A stretch of 64,000 nt of DNA from Octopus sinensis (taxonomy: Eukaryota), in NCBI RefSeq assembly GCF_006345805.1, contig NC_042997.1, forward strand, positions 171,306,001 through 171,370,000, written 5' to 3'. The number at the start of each line of letters is the position of its first letter. The first letter of the stretch is position 1. Below are positions 12,346-24,850 of this stretch, piece by piece. The notes beneath the pieces were generated by a model. It saw only the letters and a program-made list of their open reading frames with translations, was not told the DNA's origin and ran no database searches. Both the position numbers and the translations under genes were made by a program.

Positions 12346-12797
12346 TTAACCCTTTTGATACCAACCCACCGGAAACCACCTCTGACTCTGTAGTACAAAT
12401 GTCTTGTTTTCAAAAGTTCAGAGTTAAAATCTTCTGCCAAACCATAGTCTTTTATGTTCCTAACACTAACTTAACCCTTTTGTTACTGTATTTATTTTGA
12501 GATGCTCTGTGTTTCTTTCAATTACTTTAAATATAACAAAGAATATAATAAAAGAACTTGGTTTTCATTCAGCTAGTGTTAGGAACATAAATTGTGACTG
12601 AGGTTTGGTGAAAGATTCTAATTAAAAATTTATGAAAACAAGACATTTGTACTCAGGGCCAGAGCCGGTTTCAGCTGGGTTGGTAATGAAAGGGTTGATG
12701 ATAACTAAGTTATCTTACTCAATTCTTTGTTATATTTAAAAATTCATTGAAAGAAACACAGATTATGTCAAAAGAAATATGGTGACAAAAGGGTTAA
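12346..12797. mobile_element. piggyBac-like MITE complex (core 12470-12698 plus inverted partial copies on each side)
   Basis: TTAA-CCCTTT ends at 12346 and 12470; AAAGGG-TTGA/TTAA ends at 12698 and 12797; internal blocks are reverse complements of each other. Confidence 0.75.
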
Positions 12798-13996
12798 GGG
12801 AGATTTGGTTGCTGCTTCTTACCAGTTGAACGACATAGGTGTATGTTGCAGTGGTGTGAGATGATGTGGAAGTTAACATTTGGAAAATGATTCCTCATCT
12901 GTATTTCATATCATGATGCTTCGTTTTTATTTTTATTTCTTCGTCTATGCAATCACATTGCTAAAGATAGTTGTGACAAAGATTACCTCATTCGCCCATA
13001 CAGAAACCTTGACAACCAGGTGCAGTTTATAGTCACAGAGAAAGCAACTAGGTGCAGACATATATAAACATGTACGCTGACATGCAGACACACGTATACA
13101 CATACATACTTAAGTGCCTCCAAGCTATCATGTTGTGTAGGAAATGTCAGTTATGTGAAGAAGATATTTTGCTGTGTAGAATGCATGCAAGAAATTACAA
13201 TGCCATGAGACATGATGTCAATGAAATGCACACACACACACACACACATACACACATGCATACACATACACACACATATGTAGTAACAAAAATGCTAAAA
13301 ACTGCTCAATTAAACTATAGTTCATTTTATTAGTTACTCAGTTATTTTCCTTATTGGATATTTTATTTTTAATGTTATAAATCATATATTATGGATTGTT
13401 AATCATATTTTGCTGATAACTAACTATTAAAAGATTTGATTATCAATAATCTTTTAATATGATTGTTAATGATAAACTAAAACTACCAAAGCTAATTCAA
13501 CATTCATCTTTACACAAAGTGAGATAAGCTACACGTTTATGGAGTGGTTTAATTTAAAGTTTCTAGATTTAATAATTAAGCAATCTTTTCTGTTAATTTG
13601 ATTATTAATAATAAAACTAAAACTACCACAGCATTTTAAACGTTTATCTCTGTAAAATATGATAAAACTACAGTGTGTTGATAGAATGGTTTAAATTAGT
13701 TAATAGATGTTAGGCTCAGGGAAAGGCTGTGTAGTAAGAAGTTTGCTTTCCAACAAAATGGCTCTTGGCTCAGTCCCACTGCATGACATGTTGGGTAAGT
13801 GTCTTCTACTATAGCCTCAGGCCAATCAAAGCATTATGACTGAATTTTGTAAAAGGAAGCTGTCAGAAGTCCATTGTGTGTGTGTGTGTGTGTGTGTGTA
13901 CCTTGACATTGCATAATAAACAAGTGTCCCTGACATGTGAGCAGTGTCTGTTTCCAGTATCCTTTGAAATCATCCCTGCCTGGTCATGGGGAAATA

Positions 13997-14559
13997 TTGG
14001 GTTGTCCGGAAAGTTTATGCCGATTTATAGCAGCTTACCTTTCGACTATTTTAGAACATGGTTGAGTCCATAAAATAGGATTTGCCTACTCTTCCATTTA
14101 GAGCACAGTTTAAGCTATCTTTTCACGGAAGAAGGTTTATGTTCCTATAACCTGTGTTAATTCTGTAACCCTAAAATGGAAGATAAGAAAGTTCATTTTC
14201 GGCACTTGATGCTTTGGGAACCAGACAAAAATTGCTGCAGCTTGGCTGGGATGTGTTACCTTACCCTCCATATTCACCAGATATTGCTCCTTCAGATTTC
14301 CACTTATTCAGGTCTCTGTAGTATAATCTTAATGGTAAAAATTTCAATTCCTTGGATGATGTAAAAAGATATCTTGATGAATTCTTTGCCATGAAACCAC
14401 CTCAATTCTGGGGAGAGGGTATTTTCAAGTTAAAGGAAAGATGGAGACACAAAGTGCAACAAAATGGTTCATATTTGGTTGATTAAAAATGTAATGGCAA
14501 GTATTTCTTGACCTTTTTCTTTCCTTTAAAAATCGGCACGAACTTTCTGGACAACCCAA
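13997..14559 (+). mobile_element. Internally deleted mariner (DD34D-type) element
   Basis: 30-bp TIRs ttgggttgtccggaaagtttatgccgattt / aaatcggcacgaactttctggacaacccaa with TA on both sides; remnants MEDKKVHFRHLMLWE and PPYSPDIAPSDFHLFRSL. Confidence 0.92.
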
Positions 14560-15596
14560 TATTACATTACTAGGAAACAGGTAAGTGTTGGCAAGAGGAA
14601 GAACATTCAGCTGTAGAAAATCAGCCTCAACAAATTCTCTCTGACACATGCTAGCATGGAAAAAGTGGACATTAAAATGATGATGATGATTTAATAATTG
14701 AACAGAGAGGAGTGGTGAGTTTCTAAATTTGTAGAGCAGGGAATAAAACGCCATGTGATAAGTTGTTAATTTCCCATTAAGTTGTAATTTCAAATGCCTC
14801 TGACTTCAGCTTTGACTTTTAGTTTTTCTAAAAGGAGTGAAAAAAGAAATAAAATTAAGTATTGACTTGATTTAAGCAGCTTCTCCCAAAATTGTAAGCA
14901 TGCTTTTATATATGCATGTGTGTGTATGTAATAAATATAGAATGATATCGTTTTATTCATGTGGCATGTAATAAATATAGAATGATATTTTATTCATGTG
15001 CTTCCTTCTAGTTATGGTCATTGTACAAGGGAGATAGTCATCCCCTCACAGCACAAGGTTGGATTAGACATTTCAATTTGAAATTAAAGAATACATGGTA
15101 AAAGGTGCATAGAGTTCATATATTAAAATTTTTTTTTATCTATCATGAAGTTTTTATAATTTCAAATTTGCAACAATCATGTATATCTCTATTTTGTTCT
15201 TTTTAGGAATCTTCATCATAATTTAGTCTGTAACATACTAATTAGATATATTGCAGAGAGAGACATTTCATTAAAATTAAAGATGAAATTAATTACAATC
15301 TGGAAGAAATTCATGGAATATATATATATATTTTTACTTCATTGAACATAAGTAGTTTAAGAATGGAGAGAAAGAGAAAGACATTTTTAGTGTCTGATTG
15401 TTTTCCAACTCATAAATTCCTTAAAAATCAAAGGCTACATTTGATTTCTACAGTAGATGAAAGTGTAAATCCATACTATGTGTAAGTCTGTAATTCTTAC
15501 AGTTCTATATTTAAAAGATGAGGAATTATGTACATTATTTACATTATTTACATTCGACAGATATTTGTCCTCATCTTGTTTATTGTTAACACATAT

Positions 15597-15674
15597 GGGC
15601 ATTTGGCATAGTGGTTAAGAGCGTGAGCTACTAACCCCAAGATTCCGAGCTCGATTCCAAGCAGTGACCTGAAC

Positions 15675-15712
<38 letters not shown>

Positions 15713-15828
15713 TAATAACAGTGAAATTTCCCCAAGACACCTAAAGAAGGCTGGAGGATATATCAGCCGAAACGTTGTGTTAACAACAAACAAGATGAGG
15801 ACAAATATCCGTCGAACGTAAATAATGT
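15597..15828 (+). mobile_element. Composite SINE-like element: tRNA-like head + (AAT)n + hammerhead-bearing PLE-type tail
   Basis: A box tggcatagtgg, anticodon-like loop ctactaa, B box gagctcgattcc; (AAT)n 15673-15719; hammerhead 15736-15781; tail repeated in inverted orientation at 15541-15592. Confidence 0.7.
15736..15781 (+). ncRNA. Minimal type I hammerhead ribozyme, core-mutated (CUAAAGA)
   Basis: GACAC-CUAAAGA-A-GGCUG[GAGGAUAUAU]CAGCC-GAAAC-GUU-GUGUU: stem I GACAC/GUGUU, stem II GGCUG/CAGCC, palindromic ACGU stem III; G5 replaced by A. Confidence 0.75.
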
Positions 15829-16352
15829 CTGTAATTCTTAATGCAGAAAAATTTCAATCTAGTACTTGCCAATTGTATAGGGCAGCCACTGCTTATTGGA
15901 GGGGACTATATTTCCCATTATACCTTAGTACAAGGTAGTAAGCACTAAAAATCAAGGTGTTTGATTTCTTTTTTTTTTACTTTACAAAAATACTTAGCAA
16001 TATGAAGCAACACAAAGCCCTGTCCAGTAATCTATCTGTCAGGCTTACAAGTCTCTGTAGTGCACAAGAAGAATACTTCCAGAATCTGCAGTTTCCAAAA
16101 TGAAGTACCACAGACAAACATTCATACCCATTTTTTTCAACCAATACCCATTAACCTTATCACACTGCCTCAAAACATACAGATAGCCTCACATGCAGGA
16201 CATCACATTCCCATCCACCTAGTATTTTCCAGATTCTGGTGCACATCAACTCTGACTTCTTAAATACCAGAGAAACCTGTCTCCAAAATACTAGTATTAA
16301 AGTAGACCTATGAAATCCAGTGTTGGATTAACCTAATAGCATGTTTAGCATA

Positions 16353-16645
16353 GTGGAGGCACATGGTCTAGTGGTTAGAGCAGCGGATTCACGATCAAGG
16401 GATTGCAGGTTCGAATCTCAGACCAGGCGATGTGCGTGTTTATGAGTGAAACACCTAAGTTCCACGCTGCTCCGGCAGAAGGTAATGACGAAATTCTGCT
16501 GACTCTTTCGCCACAACTTTCTCTCACACTTTCCTCCTGCATCTTGCAGCTAATCTTTGACAGACTGGTGTTCTGTGCAGGTGGGGAACCTATACGCCAA
16601 GGAAACCGGCCCTTATGAGCCAGGCATGGCTCGAGAAGGAACACA
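16353..16645 (+). mobile_element. tRNA-derived SINE family B with 13-bp TSD
   Basis: Head gtggaggcacatggtctagtgg...ggttcgaatctc; TSD catgtttagcata at 16340-16352 and 16646-16658. Confidence 0.92.
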
Positions 16646-16904
16646 CATGTTTAGCATATACTACACGTTCTGCATTGCTAGGCATTCTGTACCAAATACA
16701 TTGAGCTGACAGAATCACTAGAGAATTGAACAAAATACTTTGTGGTATTTCTTTTAGCTCTTTATGTTCTGAGCTCAAATCTCACAGAGGTTAGCTTTAC
16801 TTCTCATCCTTTGATAAAATAAAGTAACGGTCAAGTACTAGAGTTGATATAATTAACTTGTTCCTCTCCTAAAATCTCTGGCTTTGTGTCAAAATTAGAA
16901 AGAA

Positions 16905-16907
16905 TCA

Positions 16908-16941
<34 letters not shown>

Positions 16942-16975
16942 TATTATTATCATTATTATTATTATTATCATTATT

Positions 16976-17063
<88 letters not shown>

Positions 17064-17071
17064 GTATTATT

Positions 17072-17102
<31 letters not shown>

Positions 17103-17114
17103 TATTATTATCAT

Positions 17115-17152
<38 letters not shown>

Positions 17153-17170
17153 TATTATTATTATTATTAT
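16905..17170. repeat. Compound (ATT)n/(ATC)n microsatellite
   Basis: Direct inspection. Confidence 0.95.
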
Positions 17171-17985
17171 AGTATTTCTATTGTCTTCAAATTTTATATA
17201 TAACTGAGTTTTTAAAGTTGATCCAGTATTTAGAATACTTCTAAAATTCAGTTCAGTTTGAATGTGACAAATTTCAATAATAAAATTGAATAGTGATAAT
17301 TAAATGGGCAGATTTAATTTGTTTTTATCAGGTGCTAATTCATATACAAAATAAAGAACTTCTAGTTCTCTATTTTGGCACATTAAACTCATCATACAGT
17401 AATTGAAATTATTATTTTTCTCATAAATAAGATCAGCTGAATGAATCAGATTATTATTAATATATTATTGACACCTTAATGCTAACCATTCCCATTAAAT
17501 CAAATCAGAATTTTTAAACAGGAAAAGAAATATTTTATAATGTATAGTTTTTATTTATTTAACCTTCTGCTATTAAGGAAAACTCTAGTAGGAAAAAAAA
17601 AAAGGGAAAATACAAGTTTAAATAATTAATATAGTCTCATTTTCAACCATATACTATGAAAGCAAATTTACATTATATTAGAGATCTGCATCAGGAGAGA
17701 ATATTTAACATTTTGCATTTTAGTTGCATAAGTAACACTGATATTAGTGAATTCACACAATGTTGTTGCATTTAAGCTTTACGGTTTTAGGTTTGGAAGA
17801 AGGATCCAGCTATTCAAAATCACTTTTTAATCTATCACGTCTAAGCTGTGTTCTTCTTAGGTTTAACCTTCTAAATGTCACAACTCAACTAGCAAACAGA
17901 TATCAAGTTTTAGATCAAAATGATAAATAGTGGAAGACTTGCATTAAATTTGGTTACATTACACTCCTTTGCAAATTAGCCTGTA

Positions 17986-18149
17986 GGTACAGGAGTGGCT
18001 GTTGTGGTAAGAAGCTTACTTCCCAACCACATGGTTCCGGGTTCAGTTCCACTGTGTGGCACTTTGGGCAAATGTCTTCTTCTATAGCCTCAGACTGACC
18101 AAAGCTTTGTGAGAGGATTTCATAGATGGAAACTGAAAGAAGCCTGTTG

Positions 18150-18188
<39 letters not shown>

Positions 18189-18405
18189 ATTTGTATGTCT
18201 GTGTTTGCCCCCCCCCCCCACCATCGCTTGACAACCGATGCTAGTGTGTTTATGTCCCCATAACTTAGCAGTTCAGTAAAGAGACCGATAGAATAAGTAC
18301 TAGGTTTACAAAGAATAAATCCTGGGGTTGATTTATTCCACCAAAGGCAGTGCTCCAGCATGGCCACAGTCAAAATAACTGAAACAAGTAAAAAGAGTAA
18401 AAAAA
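17986..18405 (+). mobile_element. tRNA-derived SINE family C, near full length
   Basis: Head aggagtggctgttgtggtaag...gggttcagttcc; internal TA/TG repeat; tail ctgaaacaagtaaaaagagtaa. Confidence 0.85.
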
Positions 18406-18411
18406 AGAATA

Positions 18412-18676
18412 CTCTCTTACACTTTTACTCTTTTACTTGTTTCAGTCATTTTGATTGTGGCCATGCTGGTGCACTGCCTTTAGTCAAACAAATTGACCCC
18501 AAGACTTATTCTTTGTAAGCCTAGTACTTATTCTATCAGTCTCTTTTGCCGAACAGCTAAGTTACGGGGATGTAAACATACCAACATCGGTTGTCAAGCA
18601 ACGGTGGGTGGGGACAAACACAGAAACGCAGACTATACACACAAGTATATACATATATAGATACATAGATACATAC

Positions 18677-18707
<31 letters not shown>

Positions 18708-19185
18708 CATACATAGATACATACATTGGTATTGGTATTGGCTTTCTTTCTGTCTCGGGAGACAATAGAGTTGCGCATGTTTTTTTTTTTGTTTTTTTTT
18801 GTAGTCTAGTCCCGCTTTTATATTTCATGTCCTGATACATTTCCTGCTGTGGCTGTGTAGTCCTATCCTGGACAAACACTCCCTCTGGCAGGTACCGCAA
18901 ATGTAGCGAAGACTGTTCCTGGCTGGTTGTAGTGCCATAGTCTCTTGTTTACATCTCTTCCTTTCTTTCCATTTCTCCTCTCTCTCTCTGTCACTCTTTT
19001 GTATTCCCTCTTTTACTGTATGTTGCCGTTCTCCACGGTTGCTGGCAACTGCCTCCCAACCGCTAATATTGATATTGATACATACATACATATATACGAC
19101 GGGCTTCTTTCAGTTTCAATCCACCAAATCCACTCACAAGGCTTTGGTTAGCATAAAGCTAAAGTAGAAGACACTTGCTTGACAA
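18412..19185 (-). mobile_element. SINE family C (tail-to-tail with the previous copy), split by an RTE insertion
   Basis: Family C 3' half at 18412-18650 and 5' half at about 19095-19185. Confidence 0.7.
18726..19000 (-). mobile_element. RTE-BovB-like LINE extreme 3' end
   Basis: C-terminal motif YICGTCQRECLSRIGLHSHSRKC followed by a 3' UTR containing gtctcccgagac. Confidence 0.8.
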
Positions 19186-20060
19186 CCGATGTTGGCTGTT
19201 ATTTCTACATGGGTGGGTGAACCATATACAAAACTTCCTCCTTGGGGCTTAATACTGCAGTTTTTGAAAGCAGTAGAATATATGATGTTACAGCAAGAAA
19301 ATTATTTAATTGATGAGCATTTCGTTAACTTTTATTAGTGAACTTGATTCTGAAATCCTCCCATGGGTTTGATGACGGCAAAAAAAAAAAAAAATAAAAG
19401 ATAAAACATCAGTGTGTGTAACTTTAATTTAATCTCAAAGTCTTCAGTTGTTCTGCTGTGACATGATAATGCTGTAGTGTAAGTATACTACGATGACAAG
19501 AATTATTGGAAATGGAAATTTAATTCATCTGATTCAATCCTATAAACCATCTCTTCCCTTACATTTTATTTAGAGCTATCTTTCCTCTACTTACTGTCAG
19601 AAAGCCAATGCCAATGATTTCAAACAGCTAAGTATAGACTAGCACGAGACTCATGCTTTAAATGTCAGATTTATACAATTGGTGACTAGCGTTAAATTTG
19701 TTGAAATTTCTCAAGAAGAAAAGAAAAAAAAATTGCTTTCCTAAGTTAAGTATGTTTATCAAAGATCTAAAATTGTGAGAACATGATAATATAGTTTGTT
19801 ATCCTTTTATTCTTTTACTTGTTTCAGTCGTTTGACTGCGGCCATGCTGGAGCACTGCCGCAAAGGGTTTTTTTTAGTTGAAGAAATCTATCCCATGACT
19901 TATTCTTTGTAAGCCTAGTACTTATTCTATCAGTCTCTTTTGCCGAAGTGCTAAGTTATGGGGGATGTAAACACGCCAACACAAAGACACACACGCCAAC
20001 ACAAAGACACACCCATGCCAGCATGAAAGGCGAATGTTAAATGATGATGATGATTATATG

Positions 20061-20107
<47 letters not shown>

Positions 20108-21084
20108 TATATATATATCAGATTTTTTGTATGCTGGACTACTGGTTTTAAATTGATATTAAAATTAATATTAATTTATCTCCCTCATTATTTAAATATT
20201 GAAATAAATACGTTCTCTAGTAGTAAGCACCAACCGCAGTGAATTATTTACTGCAGCCCTTCGCCTCAGGAATTTCTTAGCGCGCCAGAACCAAGACATT
20301 TGAAATTTTATCCCTAGTGTAATCGGTAAAACTAAGCATGTGTCTGTCCTGGCACGGAATGCTGGGGTTAGTTTTTCAGTTTACATTACAATGAACGAAT
20401 GCACTGAAGAAGCATGGACATTTGAATTGCGTAAGTAATTCTTTTGTTAAAAGCTGAAACCGAGGTATGCATTTAATTCTGTTTTTTATATAAATTTTCA
20501 TCTGTCCTGCCCGCCAAATTTGGTTCTGGTGTTCGCTGAATTTTTCTTCTAGAGAATTTCCTTGTAGTTTGATCGTTGATGATCTGTTTCTAGTGGGACT
20601 GAACCCAGAACCATGTGTTGGAAACAAGCTTCTTACCACAAACCATGCCTGTGCCTATATTGGTTGTTTTACTTTTGCACTTTTTTCTTTTAAAACGATA
20701 GAAAAAAAATAGTTGATTTAAAAGAGAGAAAGATGATATGGGGTGGGGTTGGGTGATAATGTGAAACCCGCCATTTTTGTGTATAAAATTAATGTTGTTT
20801 GTTAACTTTTGCCATTCATCTCCATGATGGTCATTAAGCAAGTACCAACAACATACTGAAGGATAGTTAAATTGGCTGTATGCTTCTGTCAAAACCTATA
20901 GCTTTATGCCTATATTTAAAATCATTATTTTCTTTAGCTCATTTCACTGATGAATTCTAACATTCCTAGGGACAATTTTTTATTGCCATTTGTCTTGGGT
21001 GTTGACAAAACAGGTACCAAGTCAATAAATACTTAGGTCAACTTGACAAATTAAACCTGTCTTTATGAATTTGTATCCCTGAAA

Positions 21085-21635
21085 GTGCAAGTATGTCTGA
21101 GTTAATGCAGAGTTCCTTCTACAGTTAAGGAGTGACTCTTCCTCACACAGCTGTCTTCATTCATACATAACACATGGTTATACCAGTGCAGCTGCCTCTC
21201 TTGCACACCACATTTGATGCTTCTCATGCCCAACTTTTCTCTCAGGGCGCTTACACTCTGTCGTGTATGCACACTGACATTACACATCCAGGGGATCATA
21301 CTAGCTTCATTTCTTTCATTTCTACTCATGTCCTCAGCATTCAAGGCCCATGTTTCAGTGCCACGTAGCATGGCAGTTTGCACACATGCATCATATAGTC
21401 CACCTTTCACCCTGAGTGAGAGGCCCTTAGTTGCCAGCAGAGGTAGGAGCTCCCTGCACTTTGCCCAAGCTATTCTTACTCTAGTCACTACACTCTCAGA
21501 GCAACCGCCCCCAATACAAACTTGGTTGCCTAGGTAGCAGAAGCTATTAACTGCTTATAGTTTCTCCCTGTGGCATGTGATGGAATCTGTTTTCTATACA
21601 TCTTCAGTGTTTATTGCCCCAGTGCATCTGCCATA
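21085..21635 (-). mobile_element. Older RTE LINE fragment, same family as 25031-28033
   Basis: TRVRIAWAKCRELLPLLATKGLSLRVKGGLYDACVQTAML... aligns with the 27058-27684 protein. Confidence 0.9.
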
Positions 21636-21980
21636 CATAAAAATTATTCATCGTTTTCTATCTGTCTGTCTGTCTCCCCCTCTTCCACTTTTACTCTCTC
21701 TCATTGCTCACACGTGACCATCGTCCATCTTTCTTTTCCTCATGTGATCATCTTTCTTTTATTTCAGTCTGCCGTACCGACCAGACACATTCTTATCTGT
21801 CTCCTTTTCTATCTTTTCTCTGGTCAAAGAATATTCCTCCAGTGTTTGTTACCTTACCTCGTCTGGCCCTCCATGTTTGTTTTCATTTGGTTTGTCATAT
21901 ATCTCCACTGTCCTGTTTTTGTTACCAACTTTGACCCTCCGCAAATCCCAAATTTTATTTTGCTTTGCGAGAGCAACTGT

Positions 21981-22145
21981 TTTATGAAGCCTCATATTGT
22001 CGTTAATTGCTCGAAATCTTTCTATATGTTACTTGTTTTGTTTTCCATTTATTTCTCTCATTGTTCTAATTCCCAAGTTTGCCTTCGTATTTCATGTTGT
22101 TTAAGTTTTGTGATGTCCTGTACCCATATATGCATATATATATAT
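21981..22145 (+). repeat. Dispersed repeat ending at (TA)n, second copy at 24865-25025; probably a PLE-type tail
   Basis: gaagcctcatatt...ttaattgctcgaaatcttt...gtcctgtacccatatatgcatata is nearly identical at both sites; PLE assignment is inference. Confidence 0.65.
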
Positions 22146-22316
22146 ATTGATAAAAACGGTAAGATAACAACAGAAAGAAAGAGACCTCAATATTATGTAA
22201 ATAGAGGAAATTTATCCGTAAAATAACCGAAGAGATGGTATTGTGGATTTCCACCTCGGCATCCAAATCTCAGAGTTTTATCTTGGCTATTGAATAATTG
22301 TCACATATTATTTTAC

Positions 22317-22319
<3 letters not shown>

Positions 22320-22363
<44 letters not shown>

Positions 22364-22423
22364 TGTAAGTATGTACATATATGTATGCATATATGTATAT
22401 ATATTTTATTTATATTATTATAT

Positions 22424-22517
<94 letters not shown>

Positions 22518-23122
22518 ATATATTTGTATATAGATATATATGTGTATGTATATGTGTATAAATTTGTGTGTGTATATGAGTATACATTTGTGTCTGTATG
22601 TATATGTGTACACGTTTGTGTATGTGTGTGTGTATATATATGTATAAATATACAAACACACACGCACACACACATATATATGTTTGTGTATGTGTCTACA
22701 TGTGTGTGTGTTTGCATGTGTATGTATACACACACACACACTTACACGAGGGCTTCAGGTCCTAGACCAGCTGATGCATTGTGTTCAGCTCACGTTGCTT
22801 TGCAATTACTTTTGACGTGTGACATATCGTATACTGTGCACCTGTTCAGGTAACATAGAATTGATGGAGGGAGTGAATTCCATCAAATACACTGCACATG
22901 TAAGTCAAGGAACCAGCTTTATTGCACGTTGTGTTAAATTAAATCTGTGCATAATATTGAGTATCACATTCAGTACAAACATTTTATCACTATAAACAAA
23001 ATTGTTTGTGTAGTTTGTTCAGCAAGAAATTGTAGAATCATATGTCTTGGATGACTAGAAACTCCAGTACTTATGCATAATATATTCTATATATATCCTA
23101 GATTTGTGTGTGTGTGTATATG

Positions 23123-23192
<70 letters not shown>

Positions 23193-23202
23193 CATACATA
23201 CA

Positions 23203-23280
<78 letters not shown>
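22320..23280. repeat. (TA)n/(TG)n/(TACA)n microsatellite blocks (22320-22740, 23105-23280)
   Basis: Direct inspection; source of the IY/YI ORFs. Confidence 0.95.
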
Positions 23281-23281
<1 letters not shown>

Positions 23282-23639
23282 TATCATCATCATCGTTTAA
23301 CATATGTTTTCCATGCTAGCATGGGTTGGACGGTTCGACCGGGGTCTGGGAAGCCAGGAGGCTGCACCAGGCTCCAGTCTGATCTGGCAGTGTTTCTACA
23401 GCTGGATGCCCTTCCTAATGCCAACCACTCCATGAGTGTAGTGGGTGCTTTTTACGTGCCACCGGCACAGATGCCAGGCGAGGCTGGCAATGGCCACAAT
23501 CGGTTCATGCTTTTTACATTCCACCGGCACGGAAGCTAGTCATGGTGGCGCTGGCATTGGCCACATTCGGAAGGTGCTTTTTACGTGCCACCGGCACAGG
23601 TATCACAGCTACAATTTCCATATATATATATATATATAT

Positions 23640-24045
23640 AAAATATTATTAGAGACAAAACCACTATTTTGCAAAACAAACAAGGAAAGACTTAATCAAT
23701 ACATAAAATTTTAATAAATAGTCAAAAAAACCGCCACTACAATTGTTTCTTGTCTTGATCGACAATCTGGACTTCCAATAAGTCAGTTTCAAATTTGAAA
23801 CTGACTTATTGGAAGTCCACCTGAAGATTGTCGATCAAGACAAGAAACAATTGTAGTGGCGTTTTTTTTGACTATTTATTAAAATTTTATGTATTGATTA
23901 AGTCTTTCCTTGTTTGTTTTGCAAAATAGTGGTTTTGTCTCTAATAATATTTTATAATATTTTACTATAAAATTGGATTTGATCCTAAATCTGATTTTTT
24001 CCCTGTAAATTTGGATTTATTCCCTAATATTTATTATTTATATAT
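23640..24045 (+). mobile_element. PLE-type fragment forming a ~310-bp perfect palindrome (centre 23793/23794), bounded by (TA)n
   Basis: Arms 23640-23793 and 23794-23953 are reverse complements apart from a 6-nt indel and minor differences; contains a hammerhead. Confidence 0.8.
23817..23859 (+). ncRNA. Minimal type I hammerhead ribozyme, intact core
   Basis: CCAC-CUGAAGA-UUGUC[GAUCAA]GACAA-GAAAC-AAUU-GUA-GUGG: stem I CCAC/GUGG, stem II UUGUC/GACAA, palindromic stem III ACAAUUGU, GUA cleavage triplet. Confidence 0.85.
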
Positions 24046-24059
24046 ATATATATATATAT

Positions 24060-24405
24060 TTGAGACCCACCTTTGGTCGTGACTGACCATGGGATTGCGG
24101 GATTGCACTTAGAAAGTTACCCTCCCAGGCACAAGTCTGGGCAAGATTGTTTATGGAAGGCCAGCAGTCGCCCATACTTACCGGCCTCCCCTCTCCATGC
24201 CACTAGTGTTATCCAAGGGAAATGCAACGGTCGATACAGCTTGGCACCTATGACACCACAACTCATTTCTACAGCTGAATGAACAGGAGCAATATGAAAT
24301 AAAGTGTCTTGCTCAAGAACACAACATGCAGCCTGGTCCGGGATTCGAACTCACAACCTCATGACCGTAAGCTTGACGCTCTAACCACTGAGCCATGTGC
24401 CTTCA
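24060..24405 (-). mobile_element. tRNA-headed SINE (family B-related)
   Basis: Reverse-strand head gaaggcacatggctcagtggttagagcg...gagttcgaatccc; body shared with 59990-60225. Confidence 0.75.
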
Positions 24406-24424
24406 CACACATATATATATCATC

Positions 24425-24429
<5 letters not shown>

Positions 24430-24473
<44 letters not shown>

Positions 24474-24850
24474 ACATCATCATCATTATCATTTAACGTC
24501 TGCTTTCTATGCTGGTTTGGGTTGAATGGTTTGATGTGGAACTGCCTAGCAGGGAGCTGTCCAGGTTCAAACTGTCTCTTGCGGCATGGTTTCTATGGCT
24601 TAATATTGTGACTTAACAGTGCGATGGATACTTTTCACATGCCACCATGCCACTGGCTTGGGTGCATTTATGCAGCACTGGCACAGGTGCATTAATGCAG
24701 TACTGACATGGGTGCTTTTTAAGTGCCACAGCTTGACATGTCTTATCAAGTACAGCTGATTGCCTCATCTCCCAGTCCCTTGTCTGTGAGTCCCTTATCT
24801 GGGCCTCAGTAAGGCCCAGCATCTGAAGATTCTTTCTCATCACTTCATTC
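24430..24850 (-). mobile_element. Diverged RTE 3' end with (GAT)n tail
   Basis: WNEVMRKNLQMLGLTEA...AVLDKTCQ resembles the RTE ORF2 C-terminus; (CAT)n at 24420-24490. Confidence 0.7.

Noticed and set aside
22410-23539. Long IY/YI/HT-rich ORFs (also 38602-39099, 51279-52574, 57179-57689)
   Set aside because: Translations of TA/TG/TACA microsatellites, which lack stops in some frames
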